DNA from: a virus
DNA length: 64,000 nt
Virus record (IMG/VR): IMGVR_UViG_3300045988_180675
Span: 96,001-160,000 of that record
Strand: one strand, 5' to 3'
Below are positions 47,913 to 58,400 of this stretch, one piece after another (position 1 is the first letter of the stretch; every line of letters starts with the position of its first letter). The notes under the pieces are model-generated. The model did not search any database. It was not told the origin of the DNA and worked only from the letters and a program-made list of their open reading frames with translations. Both the position numbers and the translations under genes were made by a program.

Positions 47913-50801
47913 TTATTTTTTCTTCTTCTTAAAGAAGGCGAATAATCCCGCTGATAATGTTCCTACTGTTGCCATAATAGAGACGATAGGATTTGCCTCA
48001 ATACCAGTTGAAATAATTTCCTTAACCTTTTCTACAGGCTTTTCAACTGGAGAATCAACTGGAGAAGTAGCCTTCTTATAGAAGTGAACAATATCACCAT
48101 TTTCTAACTTCTCTGTTCGAACGTATTCGTATGAAGAAATTTCACCTGGCTTTTCAATTGCTCCATCAGATTCCTTTAGTAAAGTATTAGAGCCTTCTTC
48201 AACCCAAGTTGTATGTAATTTATGGTAAACATGAGTTGTTGTATCGTGGTCCTTATCAACACTTGTTGTAATATACGTATAGCCGCCGATATCTTGTTTT
48301 TCAGCAAATTTGTTACCCTTGACCATATCTAAGATATCATTGTTATCTTCATCAACGAATCTCGTTAATAGTTGCTTAAAGATGTATGTTACATTTCCAT
48401 CTTCATCAACTTTCTTTTCTTTGAATACGTATCCGTCGATATCGCCCTGTTCCATGATCTTACCACCTGTGAATGGATCTTTAATATCCTTGCCTTCTGG
48501 ATCAACCCACTTTGTCTTCAATTGTTTAAACACGTGTGTTTCATTTCCATTTTCATCACGGTCTGTATGATCAAATACATAGTTTTCGATTTCACCATGT
48601 TCTTCTGGAGTAGAGTTCTTTGATAATGGCTTTAACTCCTTACCATCCTTATCAACCCACTTTGTAGTGAATTGCTTGAAGAAATGAGTAACATTACCAT
48701 CTTCATCTACACTCGTTGAAACAAATGAATATTTCTCGATAGAACCTGCTTCAAAAGTTTTTTCATCTGTTACAGGATCCTTTAGTTCCTTTCCAGTTTC
48801 CTTATCGATCCATTTTGTTGTGTATTGGGCAACCAGCGTTCTATGATAATGAACCTCTAATGGTTTCACTTCTTCCGCTGGATTTGTTGGAACAGAAGGT
48901 TCTGTTACGCTTGGTCTAACTGGTTCTACTGGATCGACCCATGTATTTAACTCAGGAGCCTTTGGCTCTTCTGGCTTAACAGGCTTTTCTAAACGTTCAG
49001 GAATTTCATTGTAAGATGGCTCATCTGGTGTTGGAGTAGGTGTTGGTTCTTCTGGAATTTCTCCATCTGGTGATACAGGTGGATGTCCTGGCTTTGACTT
49101 AAACTCAATTGTAGAAGAGTTGAAGTTTAATGCACCACCATCTCCATTCCATGTATCGACGATTGTATCACCAGCAAATACACCAATCACTGTTCCCAGT
49201 GGAGTAGAATTAGTATTTCCATAAGTATTTGGTTGACCTTCTAAGCGTGGCATATTTAGATCCGCCATGTGAACATCACCTGCGTATGTCGCAGCATTGT
49301 CAGATGTATTTGTAATACTTGGATAGCCATGTGTTCCTTCTTGCATGCCAGCAGTCTTATCTGATGGAGCCATTGGAACAATCATACGTAGCTTATCTGG
49401 TGTGCCATTTGTTGTTGCTTCTAGTGTTTGTCCTTCACCAGCTTCTGTATCGTCCATATAGAAATAGCGTACTAACTTAATTGGTTCGCCTGTTGCTTCA
49501 TCGAAGAAGTGATATGTTGTACGAATACCATCACCGAATCCGCCCATAATACCATTTCGATAAGTGAATGTTGCACTTTCCTTTTCGCTAGACCACTTAG
49601 ATGCTTCAACACGAGCAGAGATAGTCTTTCCACTTTCTGTTGTACCGATGTTATGAAGTACAAATGACATAAACTTGCCTGTCTCTGTCTTATCTGCTGG
49701 CTTGAACTCGTAGTTTTTTCCATATTGGTCATCGAATACTCTAACACGAGGATCCTTTTCAGTGACTTCCATCGTTGTCTCTGGGTTGATACCAATATTG
49801 CCCTTTGAATATTCATATCCATTCTGATAGATCAACTCTTCATCATACATCGCAAATACATTCTTGAAGTAAGCATCTTTATCAGCACCACCGTAAACGG
49901 TAAAGTCGAGTCCTCCATCCCATAGAGCCTTGTACTTAGGATTTACAGTAGTCATATATTGCCACCATTCCTTGTACTTTGTATTTTCTCCCATTGCATG
50001 ATACTTAACGGAATCATCGTATCTACCAACAATAGAGATACCTCTTTCTGCATAGAGATCAGCTAATACAGGGTTGCTATTTAACCATTCTTCAAAATCA
50101 TTCTTTTGCTTTTCATACTTAGCAACTTCAGCATTGTGTTCATCGTTAATGCGATCAACCTCAGCTTGCCACTCGGCATGCTTGTCGGCATTTTGCTTAT
50201 TGATTGCTTCGACTTGAGCCTGCCAAGCCTTCTTAGCAGCTTCATTTAGAGCTGTCTTATCAGCAATCTCCTTTTCACGAGCGTTATATGCTTCTACATC
50301 AGCGTTGTACTGATTCATATCCTTATTGTACTGTTCAACTGCTGATTGATATTGAGCCTTCTTCGCTTCATTTTCTTTCTTTAATTCTTCAATATGAGCC
50401 AACTGCTGATCATATTGAGCTTTTTGTTCATTGTATACTCGCATAAGCTCATCGAATGTAATCTTATCCTGCTTATATTGTTCTACGGCAGTTTCATATT
50501 CCTTTGTTAGCTTTTCGAATTGAGCAATCTTCTCTTTTATTTCTTCATCGGAAGCTTTTAAAGACTTCAATTGCTCTGTATATGCAGCTTGAGCTTCCTT
50601 TGCAGAAGAATACATCACTGGTTCATCTTCCACTACATTCAGCTTTGGATTTTCCTTCTTTAATCTTTCGATGTATTCCAAAAAGTCTTTTTCAGTTACA
50701 TCCTTTGTTTGGATCTGTGCAAAAGCTGGTGTAATACTACCAACAGTTGTGCCTGCTAAAAGTAAGGCAACAGCACTTGTCTTAATCATTTTCTTTAACA
50801 T
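47913..50801 (-). CDS. surface adhesin-like protein (962 aa): signal peptide, coiled coil, globular domain, Pro-rich spacer, five tandem repeats, C-terminal anchor
   Basis: Signal peptide MLKKMIKTSAVALLLAGTTVGSITPAFA. Pro-rich EEPTPTPTPDEP. C-terminal IISTG plus hydrophobic stretch plus KKKKK. Confidence 0.75.
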   Translation of the reverse strand: MLKKMIKTSAVALLLAGTTVGSITPAFAQIQTKDVTEKDFLEYIERLKKENPKLNVVEDEPVMYSSAKEAQAAYTEQLKSLKASDEEIKEKIAQFEKLTKEYETAVEQYKQDKITFDELMRVYNEQKAQYDQQLAHIEELKKENEAKKAQYQSAVEQYNKDMNQYNADVEAYNAREKEIADKTALNEAAKKAWQAQVEAINKQNADKHAEWQAEVDRINDEHNAEVAKYEKQKNDFEEWLNSNPVLADLYAERGISIVGRYDDSVKYHAMGENTKYKEWWQYMTTVNPKYKALWDGGLDFTVYGGADKDAYFKNVFAMYDEELIYQNGYEYSKGNIGINPETTMEVTEKDPRVRVFDDQYGKNYEFKPADKTETGKFMSFVLHNIGTTESGKTISARVEASKWSSEKESATFTYRNGIMGGFGDGIRTTYHFFDEATGEPIKLVRYFYMDDTEAGEGQTLEATTNGTPDKLRMIVPMAPSDKTAGMQEGTHGYPSITNTSDNAATYAGDVHMADLNMPRLEGQPNTYGNTNSTPLGTVIGVFAGDTIVDTWNGDGGALNFNSSTIEFKSKPGHPPVSPDGEIPEEPTPTPTPDEPSYNEIPERLEKPVKPEEPKAPELNTWVDPVEPVRPSVTEPSVPTNPAEEVKPLEVHYHRTLVAQYTTKWIDKETGKELKDPVTDEKTFEAGSIEKYSFVSTSVDEDGNVTHFFKQFTTKWVDKDGKELKPLSKNSTPEEHGEIENYVFDHTDRDENGNETHVFKQLKTKWVDPEGKDIKDPFTGGKIMEQGDIDGYVFKEKKVDEDGNVTYIFKQLLTRFVDEDNNDILDMVKGNKFAEKQDIGGYTYITTSVDKDHDTTTHVYHKLHTTWVEEGSNTLLKESDGAIEKPGEISSYEYVRTEKLENGDIVHFYKKATSPVDSPVEKPVEKVKEIISTGIEANPIVSIMATVGTLSAGLFAFFKKKKK
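48072..48839 (-). repeat. five tandem ~50-aa repeats within the adhesin gene
   Basis: Units of the form (T/K)TKWVDxxGKxLKxxxxxxxxxExGxIxxYxFxxTxxDExGNxTHxFKQ occur five times. Confidence 0.7.
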
Positions 50802-50847
50802 TGTTTTTTTCTCCTTTTTCTCTTCCGTTGTTTTTACAACTACGAGA

Positions 50848-50862
50848 TATATTATGCTATAT
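50848..50862 (-). promoter_or_regulatory. type-C promoter, copy C4
   Basis: Minus strand: GCATATAGCATAATATATC (CATAAT at 50851-50856). GCTTGT-TTTTC-ACAAGC hairpin immediately upstream (50863-50879). GTTGT-AAAA-ACAAC hairpin in the leader. Confidence 0.45.
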
Positions 50863-50907
50863 GCTTGTGAAAAACAAGCGATTTGCGTAATAAAATTTCA
50901 ACAAAAG

Positions 50908-50936
50908 AAATAAAAAAGGAGACGGTTTGTCTCCAA
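50908..50936 (-). terminator. intrinsic terminator after virB4-like gene
   Basis: Hairpin GGAGAC-GGTTT-GTCTCC (50918-50934), followed by TTTTTTATTT. Confidence 0.8.
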
Positions 50937-50952
50937 TTTTATACATTATATT

Positions 50953-53364
50953 TTAATCCGTCTTTTTGTCAGTGTTCGTTATTCTATACAAGTTTGTATT
51001 CTTCGGAATCTTATTTGAAAAAGGAATAATAATATCTCCCGCTTTAAATAGTCCTGTTCCAGATGGGGCATTTGTAATTACTTCTAATTGTGAATCAGAA
51101 AGATTCAATAATTCCTGAAGATTACTTCTATCCATTTGAGAAGAGTTCATCATAGTAACGAAAGAAGTATTGTTGATAATGTTTCTTGTCGCTTCAGAAC
51201 GCAATAGATCTTCTGTATTTTGCATGATTCCAGTTGGGATTCCGTTCCATTTTCTTGCACGTTTCCAGATCTGAACCAAGAACTCTACAGCTGCATCGGA
51301 CTTCAACAGAACGTGGAATTCATCAATATAAACCCATGTAAATAGTCCTTTATCATGATTTTCCATCATTTTGTTCCAAATATCGTTTAGACAGATAAAT
51401 AGACCAATTTCTTTTAAGGTCGTTCCTAGATTACGGATATTGTATACCAAGAAGCGAGAATCAGATTCAACATTTGATCTATGTGCAAACATATCGTATC
51501 CACCGACTGCATAGTTCTCAATTACAGTAGCTAAAGTATTGGCTTCTGGATCAGGCTGTCGTTTAAGCTCTCCATACAAGTTCGCCAGTGTTGGAGCAGA
51601 TTGTTTATCACATGTGATACGTGGATCGATCTCTCTTAATTTTTTAACATGTTGAATATATGGATTGTAAATATTTTTAATACATCTAGTCAAAACTGAT
51701 TTTCCAGTTGGATTCAATGCTGCATTTTTACCAAGCATGATCTCAACTAGTGATGTGATGTAGTCTGTCTTTGATGCTACAGGATCGGTTTCATCATCTG
51801 TAATATTGATATCCATTGGATTCAAATAAGATTGTGAACCTGGAGCAATCGAAATCGTTTCTCCCCCTTTAATTTGGGCTGCAATTCTGGAATATTCTCC
51901 ATCTGGGTCAATAATATATACAATATTTCTTTCATCTGATAGATAAGCCGCCAACATCTCCTGCTTAACCTGCATGGATTTACCAGAACCAGACTCACCA
52001 AATGTTAGTCCGTTAAAGTTTCTTCCTGTTTTTCTATCATATACTAATAGATTATTAGAAGATTTATTGACGCCATACATGATTCCGCTCTTTTGATAGA
52101 TTTCAACATTTGAATATGGTAAAAATGCTGCCGCAGATTCTGTTGTATGTAAACGTCTTACACTTAATTGGTTAATACATAATGGAAGTGCGACGTTCAT
52201 TCCTGCTTCCTGTTGAAAAGATAAAACTCGGATAGGACATAATTTACCATTTGCACAGTTTTGAAGATCTTGTGTGTACTTATCTAATTCTTCCTTTGTA
52301 TTTCCAAACACATTCACTACAAATGTCATGTAAAACAAGTGTTGATCACGATCTGAAATGTCATCCTGCAATTCTTTAATTGCATCATTCGCTTTTTGTA
52401 GTGAAGGAGGAAGTAAATCGAAACTATATCCATTTTTAAGAGCACTCTTTTGATTTTCTGCAATCTGTCCCTGAATTGCCATAAATTGATTTTTAACCAT
52501 CTTAGAACCCTTTGCAATGTCGATAGGGTTATATTGCATAGAGATATTCAGACTAAACTGTAAGTCAGCGATACTAGCTAAAAATTCAACAGAAAGGGAT
52601 GTTGGCAATCGTTCCAAGAATAAGGCTCTTCCGAATTTATTTCCCATCATGTAATAATCAGAAAAGAACTGAAAGCCAGATGGACCGATAATATCTTTTG
52701 ATGTTAATCCACCCATACCGATCTTCTTATAATTAAAGAAAGGTTTTTTGTTTGTATCAAAATCATTGTAAAAGACACTTGTCCCATCTTGATTGTAAAA
52801 ATCAAATAATGTATGTAATCGTTCTTCAATTGTTAATCTTGTAAGTTCAGATGATTTCCCAAAGTTCTTTATAACCGTATCTAAAGCTCTTTCTGTACTA
52901 TCTAAATGCTGAAAAGCATTTTGAATATTTGGATTTTTACAAGCAATAATAAGATATTTTTCCTGCTGTAACATCTTAGCCCCATGCTTAATGCGATATA
53001 ACGTCAATTGGTTAAATTCATTTCTAATCGCATCTTCAATACTTCCATCACCCTTGATCTTCATCTTTGTATCAGACAATTTGATATCCTTAGCTGAAGT
53101 ATTTTGAATAATAAATTGGAACTTGATTTCAGGTGAAAATGTGTTTAAAACATCTTTAAATACACTGAAAATCTCCAATTGTCTCTCTTCAGACTCTTTG
53201 GAGAAATTTAACTCATTTAACTTAAAGGCTCTTGTATAATATCCTTCCTTATTTTCAATTGTTCCATCATTAAAGATTCTTTTATATGGAATCGTTTCCT
53301 GAACTGTTTTTGGCAGTTCTTTAATTCCGTTTACTGTACCCTTCTTTTTACTGAATAGTCCCAT
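50953..53364 (-). CDS. VirB4-family T4SS ATPase (Tn916 Orf16 / TcpF / PrgJ-like)
   Basis: 803 aa. Walker A GESGSGKS, Walker B WVYIDEFH. The N-terminal TVQETIPYKRIFNDGTIENKEGYYTRAFKLNELNF pattern is typical of Gram-positive VirB4 homologs. Confidence 0.85.
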   Translation of the reverse strand: MGLFSKKKGTVNGIKELPKTVQETIPYKRIFNDGTIENKEGYYTRAFKLNELNFSKESEERQLEIFSVFKDVLNTFSPEIKFQFIIQNTSAKDIKLSDTKMKIKGDGSIEDAIRNEFNQLTLYRIKHGAKMLQQEKYLIIACKNPNIQNAFQHLDSTERALDTVIKNFGKSSELTRLTIEERLHTLFDFYNQDGTSVFYNDFDTNKKPFFNYKKIGMGGLTSKDIIGPSGFQFFSDYYMMGNKFGRALFLERLPTSLSVEFLASIADLQFSLNISMQYNPIDIAKGSKMVKNQFMAIQGQIAENQKSALKNGYSFDLLPPSLQKANDAIKELQDDISDRDQHLFYMTFVVNVFGNTKEELDKYTQDLQNCANGKLCPIRVLSFQQEAGMNVALPLCINQLSVRRLHTTESAAAFLPYSNVEIYQKSGIMYGVNKSSNNLLVYDRKTGRNFNGLTFGESGSGKSMQVKQEMLAAYLSDERNIVYIIDPDGEYSRIAAQIKGGETISIAPGSQSYLNPMDINITDDETDPVASKTDYITSLVEIMLGKNAALNPTGKSVLTRCIKNIYNPYIQHVKKLREIDPRITCDKQSAPTLANLYGELKRQPDPEANTLATVIENYAVGGYDMFAHRSNVESDSRFLVYNIRNLGTTLKEIGLFICLNDIWNKMMENHDKGLFTWVYIDEFHVLLKSDAAVEFLVQIWKRARKWNGIPTGIMQNTEDLLRSEATRNIINNTSFVTMMNSSQMDRSNLQELLNLSDSQLEVITNAPSGTGLFKAGDIIIPFSNKIPKNTNLYRITNTDKKTD

Positions 53365-53382
53365 TATTTTCCCTCTTCCTTC

Positions 53383-53808
53383 TTATAATTTTGCATCATA
53401 TTTTTTAAGTAATAACTTTGTTCTGATTTTTTCTTTTTCGCTTTCTTTTATATTTGCCTGCGGTTGTTCTGGTTTGTAGCCAGAGATATATTTGTTGATT
53501 GTTTTATATGGTCTTGTTTTACTTGCAAAAACAGACGGTAATACACATTTCATAATGTATGTTTCTAGTGGCATTCCGAGCATTTTCACCCATCCACATG
53601 CAAGAATAGGCGTTACCAAAGATCCAGCAATCATGATCTGCATCGCAAGTTCCATTTTAAAGATTCCTAATAGCTTAAATAGACCATATCCAATTACAGA
53701 AGAAATAACAAATAAGACTGTCTGGCGTTTTGTAAGTGGTCCAATGAAGCGTGCTTCAAAATCTTGAATATCTCTTGGAATAGCCACCTTAATTGATGTA
53801 GCAGCCAT
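53383..53808 (-). CDS. PrgI/TcpE-like (VirB3-like) small T4SS membrane protein
   Basis: 141 aa. N-terminal FEARFIGPLTKRQTVLF, then two TM helices. Located directly upstream of virB4. Confidence 0.55.
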   Translation of the reverse strand: MAATSIKVAIPRDIQDFEARFIGPLTKRQTVLFVISSVIGYGLFKLLGIFKMELAMQIMIAGSLVTPILACGWVKMLGMPLETYIMKCVLPSVFASKTRPYKTINKYISGYKPEQPQANIKESEKEKIRTKLLLKKYDAKL

Positions 53809-53811
53809 AGA

Positions 53812-54837
53812 TTATACCCCTACAAGCTCATCTGCAATTCCACTTGATTGCATCATCATAAGAGCTGTAACAACAGGTGAACCTAGCATTAGGATCATAT
53901 CCATATTTAAGCCTTCAATGATAACCGAAGAAGTGATGACCTTATTATAGAAATATAACATTGAAAATGTGCCGATTGCAGCAATACCAAAGTAAATCGC
54001 AATTCGTAACATGCAAGCTAAGAACTTCTTAACAAATCGTATTGCAGATCCTCTAAAGCCATCCGAAATAACGGACGAAAGTGCGATCGGAGCAAACATT
54101 TGTCTTAGTTTGATTTCCATGATTGCCGTATATGTTAAAAATAAACATACAAAGATTGGTGCCCATGCGACAATCGTTAATAAATCAAATGATTCACCGA
54201 GCGATTGTAGATTGTAATAATTGATCTGTGTATTTGCAGGATCTAAAGCGTCACCAAGACCATTGAGCATTGGGATCGTTTCCAACCCCTTAATAACTTT
54301 ATTGTATGCCTGTGGATTTCCGCCACTTGTGATATCGATCGTTGCATTCTTGATCGTATTTACACTTTCAATTACAGCATTTACTCTCTGGATAATTAAA
54401 TCCCCTAATTTGTATAAGAGGTCCAGCATATCACCGATCATAAAGATTGCAATGAGTGTAAAGCCGATCGTAAACAATGTTCTTTGCCAAAATTCTTGTG
54501 ATAGATCACCCTTCTTTGCTTCTTCATAAATCAAGATAAAACCATGTAAGGTGGCAATCAACAACCCGAATCCGATCATGATACTTTTCATTGTATTAGG
54601 GAAAGTATATTGACCAGTTGTTAAAAACCCATTAAAAGAGCTATACGCCTCTTTCATCTGTTCAAACATTGTTTGACTATATCCTTCCATGAAGGCAACA
54701 ACTTTTGCTGCAAGTGTAGCACTATCTACTACTGAAGCCCACACTGGAGCTGAAACTAATAAACATAAACATATAGCTCCTGCCAGAACCTTTAATGATA
54801 TATGTGGCAGTCTCAACTTCTTTAATTTGAATACCAT
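53812..54837 (-). CDS. VirB6/TrbL-like polytopic T4SS membrane protein
   Basis: 341 aa with six or more predicted TM segments. Position is between the pilin-like and VirB3/VirB4-like genes. Confidence 0.5.
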   Translation of the reverse strand: MVFKLKKLRLPHISLKVLAGAICLCLLVSAPVWASVVDSATLAAKVVAFMEGYSQTMFEQMKEAYSSFNGFLTTGQYTFPNTMKSIMIGFGLLIATLHGFILIYEEAKKGDLSQEFWQRTLFTIGFTLIAIFMIGDMLDLLYKLGDLIIQRVNAVIESVNTIKNATIDITSGGNPQAYNKVIKGLETIPMLNGLGDALDPANTQINYYNLQSLGESFDLLTIVAWAPIFVCLFLTYTAIMEIKLRQMFAPIALSSVISDGFRGSAIRFVKKFLACMLRIAIYFGIAAIGTFSMLYFYNKVITSSVIIEGLNMDMILMLGSPVVTALMMMQSSGIADELVGV

Positions 54838-54901
54838 AAAACTTCCTTTCTTAGAAAATTAGAGGACAAGATCATTCTTGCCCCCTTCTTTGTTTCATCA
54901 A

Positions 54902-55327
54902 TTACTTAACAAGGTCGATAAACTTGACGATCTGGTTTTCTAAATGCAAGTTAAAGATGATGGCTGGAATAAAGATTCCTGCGATAGACCATGCAATCTT
55001 ATTTGTAGCCTTAGACTTAGCTGGACCGTCATCAGCACCAGCCGAGGAAAGTTCTCCAATCGCAACTACCAAGTTAAATACAGCGATGACTGCAAAGACT
55101 ACACAGATGATTGTGATAATTGTCTTAGCAATACCCTTTGCAATTTCTTTTTCTCCTTCTGCAAAACCAAATGGAGCTAATGCAATTGGTGCTGCCAGTG
55201 TTGCTGCTGCCAGTGTAAATGATACAGCCTTATGCTTTTCTAACCACTTCTCTGTCTTGTTTAGTGCTGAAGCCATGTTGTTTCTAGCCAGCATCATAGA
55301 TTGTCCTACAATTTCTTTCGTACTCAT
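54902..55327 (-). CDS. small membrane protein, candidate VirB2/TrbC-like pilin
   Basis: 141 aa. Long leader ending APFGFA-EGE, then two hydrophobic helices. First gene of the T4SS operon. Confidence 0.35.
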   Translation of the reverse strand: MSTKEIVGQSMMLARNNMASALNKTEKWLEKHKAVSFTLAAATLAAPIALAPFGFAEGEKEIAKGIAKTIITIICVVFAVIAVFNLVVAIGELSSAGADDGPAKSKATNKIAWSIAGIFIPAIIFNLHLENQIVKFIDLVK

Positions 55328-55372
55328 TTTTTCTTCCTTTCTTCACTTTTTGTGAAACCAAAATGGTTACAC

Positions 55373-55390
55373 TTATATTATGCTATATTT
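55373..55390 (-). promoter_or_regulatory. type-C promoter, copy C5 (T4SS operon)
   Basis: Minus strand: AAATATAGCATAATATAAG (CATAAT at 55377-55382). Leader hairpin at 55352-55373. Confidence 0.45.
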
Positions 55391-55403
55391 CTTTGAAAAT
55401 AAA

Positions 55404-55430
55404 TAAAAAAAAGAGAGGAATTTTCCTCTC
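55404..55430 (-). terminator. intrinsic terminator
   Basis: Palindrome GAGAGGAA-TT-TTCCTCTC (55413-55430), flanked by A and T runs. Confidence 0.8.
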
Positions 55431-55441
55431 AATTTTTAGAA

Positions 55442-58400
55442 TTACTTAGATTCCTTCTTTTTCTTCTTGCCAATTACGATACCGAAACCAGCTAGAGCTG
55501 TTGCTACTAATGCTCCGATACCAACCTTAGCAACTGTATCATCTGAAGATTCTTCGCTCTTCTTCTCTTCTGTAGCGACATCCTTCTTGTTGTCGTTCTT
55601 CTGAGTTTCTGTCTTTTTATCATCAGACTTCTTTGCATCCTGCTTATCGTTCTTGCTATCCTTTGATGCTTCCTTTTGCTTATCGGATGCCTTCTTTTCA
55701 TTCTTTTCAACCATTGCGTCTGTACCAACGGACTTGTTTGTTGCACTTTCGATTTGACGTGCTGCCTGATTAGCTAACTCAGCTTGACGAGCTGCTTCTG
55801 CTTTTTGAGCCGCTTCTGTAGCGACACGAACGTTGTATGCTGCAAGTTCACGGATGTAGTTTGCTTCAGCCTTAGCTGCACGTGTTGTAGCTTCTTCAAG
55901 AGCTTCGTTTGCTTCCACTAAAGCTTGCTTTGCAGTTGCTAATGCCGCACGAGCCTTTTGTACTGCTTCGATATAAGGATTCACTGTAGAAGCGAATTCT
56001 GGATCACTTACTAAGGTATTGAATGTTTCATCGAATGTAAATGCGTTTGTACGGTCTGCCTTAGCACGAGCTTCTGTTGCCTTAGTTGTTAATTCTACTA
56101 GAGCATCCATAGCCTTTGTATGTGCTGCCTTAGCATCTTCGTAAGCCTGAGCCTTCTTAGCTGCTTCTGCCTTGGAATCTTCTAATTCCTTAACCTTAGC
56201 ATCGTATGCTGCTACCTTATCAGTAAGAGCCTTCAATGCAAGTTCAGCATTTGTAAGATCAGTTGTCTTAGCCTCTAGTGTAGATTGAGCTGTTGCTAAC
56301 TCGTTTGTCTTTGTATCAACATTTGCCTGAGCTGTGTTACGAGCTGCTACTGCATCGTTATAAGCATTTGTGGCATCATTCAATGCGTTCTGCTTCTCTT
56401 CAACGACTTTTTCACTAGCCTTCTGAACTTCCTTCGCATCGGCTACAGCCTTGCGTAGAGCCTTCATTTCTTCAACGCCTACCATAGAGTCAACTACTGC
56501 TGTCTTTGCAGATAAGTCGTCATCAGCAGTCTTTGCATCTGCTTCTGCATTCTTACGTTCTGCAACCTTTGCATCATATACGCCCTTTGCTGCATCGTAT
56601 GTGGATTGAGCTGTTACTGTTTTAGCCTTTGCTGCATCATGTGCCAACTTCGCACTGTCACGAGTTGCTTTTGCTGCCTCTAATTCACTCTTAGCATTTT
56701 CTAATGCTGTTGTAGCATCTGTTAATACCTTCTGAGCATTTGTAAGTGCTGTATTTGCTTCAGCCAACTTCTGTACTGCTGCATCGTATGCTTTTTCTTC
56801 AGGTAATACTTCACGTTCACCTAGAGCTGGTTCACCCTTATATGCATCACGAACTGTTACTGCATCGTTATACTTCTTATTTGCTTCGTCTAACTTAGCG
56901 TTTAACTTCGTTGTATCTACAGTATCCATATATTCATCGAATAGACTTGTGAACTCTGCAATTGTATAAATCTTTTCAGCCTCTGGACCATTTCCTTCGG
57001 TGCTTGTTGAGAATGTCTGGCTGAATGTAATACCATAAGAATCTAACTGATCTTCAGTATATTTCTTTTCTCCGCCAACCTCAACAAACTTTTGTAGCTG
57101 TTGGTCATAAACCATCTTGCCACGCTTGTTGGCTACTGTACTACGTCCGATACCTGTCATGATGTAATTTCTATTTACTGCGTTTGTGTAATGACCTGTT
57201 TGGATATTGAAGAACTTCTTCTCATTCTTTGCATAATTTGTCCAAGCATTCTCGAACGCTGTCTTTTCTGGACCTCTCTTAGTGATGTTTACACCAGGAT
57301 GTTCTGCCAAATACTTAGCTGTAAATTCTTGTAATGCTTCCCAAACAACCTTTTCCTCTTCGTACCAACCCTTGTTAGGATCTGCATAGCCCCATGCTAA
57401 GTTTTCACCCATATTGAAGTGTCTTGTGTGTCCATTTGCTGGGTTTGCTGAGTTGTCTGCATTAGAGATTGCTGTAGCCATCATGTAGAATGTTGTGCCT
57501 AATGGATCTAATCCTGTAAAGTGTTCATCATGTACACGCTGTTCATTGTACTTAATTAAAACCTTTAATGCTTCCTTAACGTTGCGTAAGCTTGTAGCAT
57601 CATTTTCATCGCCCACAATCATTCCTGCTGGGTACTGATGTAGAGCCTTTACGGCACGCTCAATGTCTTTTAATGTATTTTCATCGCCAGCAAATTTTGT
57701 CTTTGCCCAACCTAAGAATCCTTCAAAGCCCTTCTTCACTTGTTCGCTTGCATTAGCGATTTTCTGAGAGATGGCATTCTTTTCTGTATCTGCATCTGTA
57801 ACGTCCTTATTTAACTTCTCACGCTTAGCTGCTTCTGTTGCGGCACGGTTTGTTTCATAATCCTGACGTTCCTTAGCCTGTTTTTCAAGAGCCTTGTTCT
57901 TTTCTGTTTCCTTAGTGTTGACATCACTCTTAGCGTTTTCGACATTGTTCTTTGCTGTATCTACAGAAGTTGAAGCACTATTCTTTTGAGCTTCCTTTTC
58001 GGATGCAACAGATTCTTTAGTAGAAACATTTGCGTTTTCTGCATCTAATGCATTCTTCTTTTCTGCTTCTACACTCTTCTTATCATTTAAGATGGATTCC
58101 TTTGCGTCAGCATCCTTCTTTGCTTCTGCTTCAGCAGTCTTCTTCTCTTCAACCTTTTCATGAGCCTTTGCAGATTCTTTTTCTGCATTTAGCATAGCCT
58201 TGTATTCATCAGTTTCAAGGACATCCTTGCCACCATTCTTCTCTAATGCCTTACGAAGATCATTTTCCTTTTCTGCTGTTACTCCCTTATCGCTATTTAA
58301 CTTAGCGTTGGCATTTTCTAAATCTGTATTAGCGGAATTCTTAGCGTTTTCCTTAGTAGTAACATCGTTAGTCTTCTCTTCTAATACTGCCTTAGCATCA

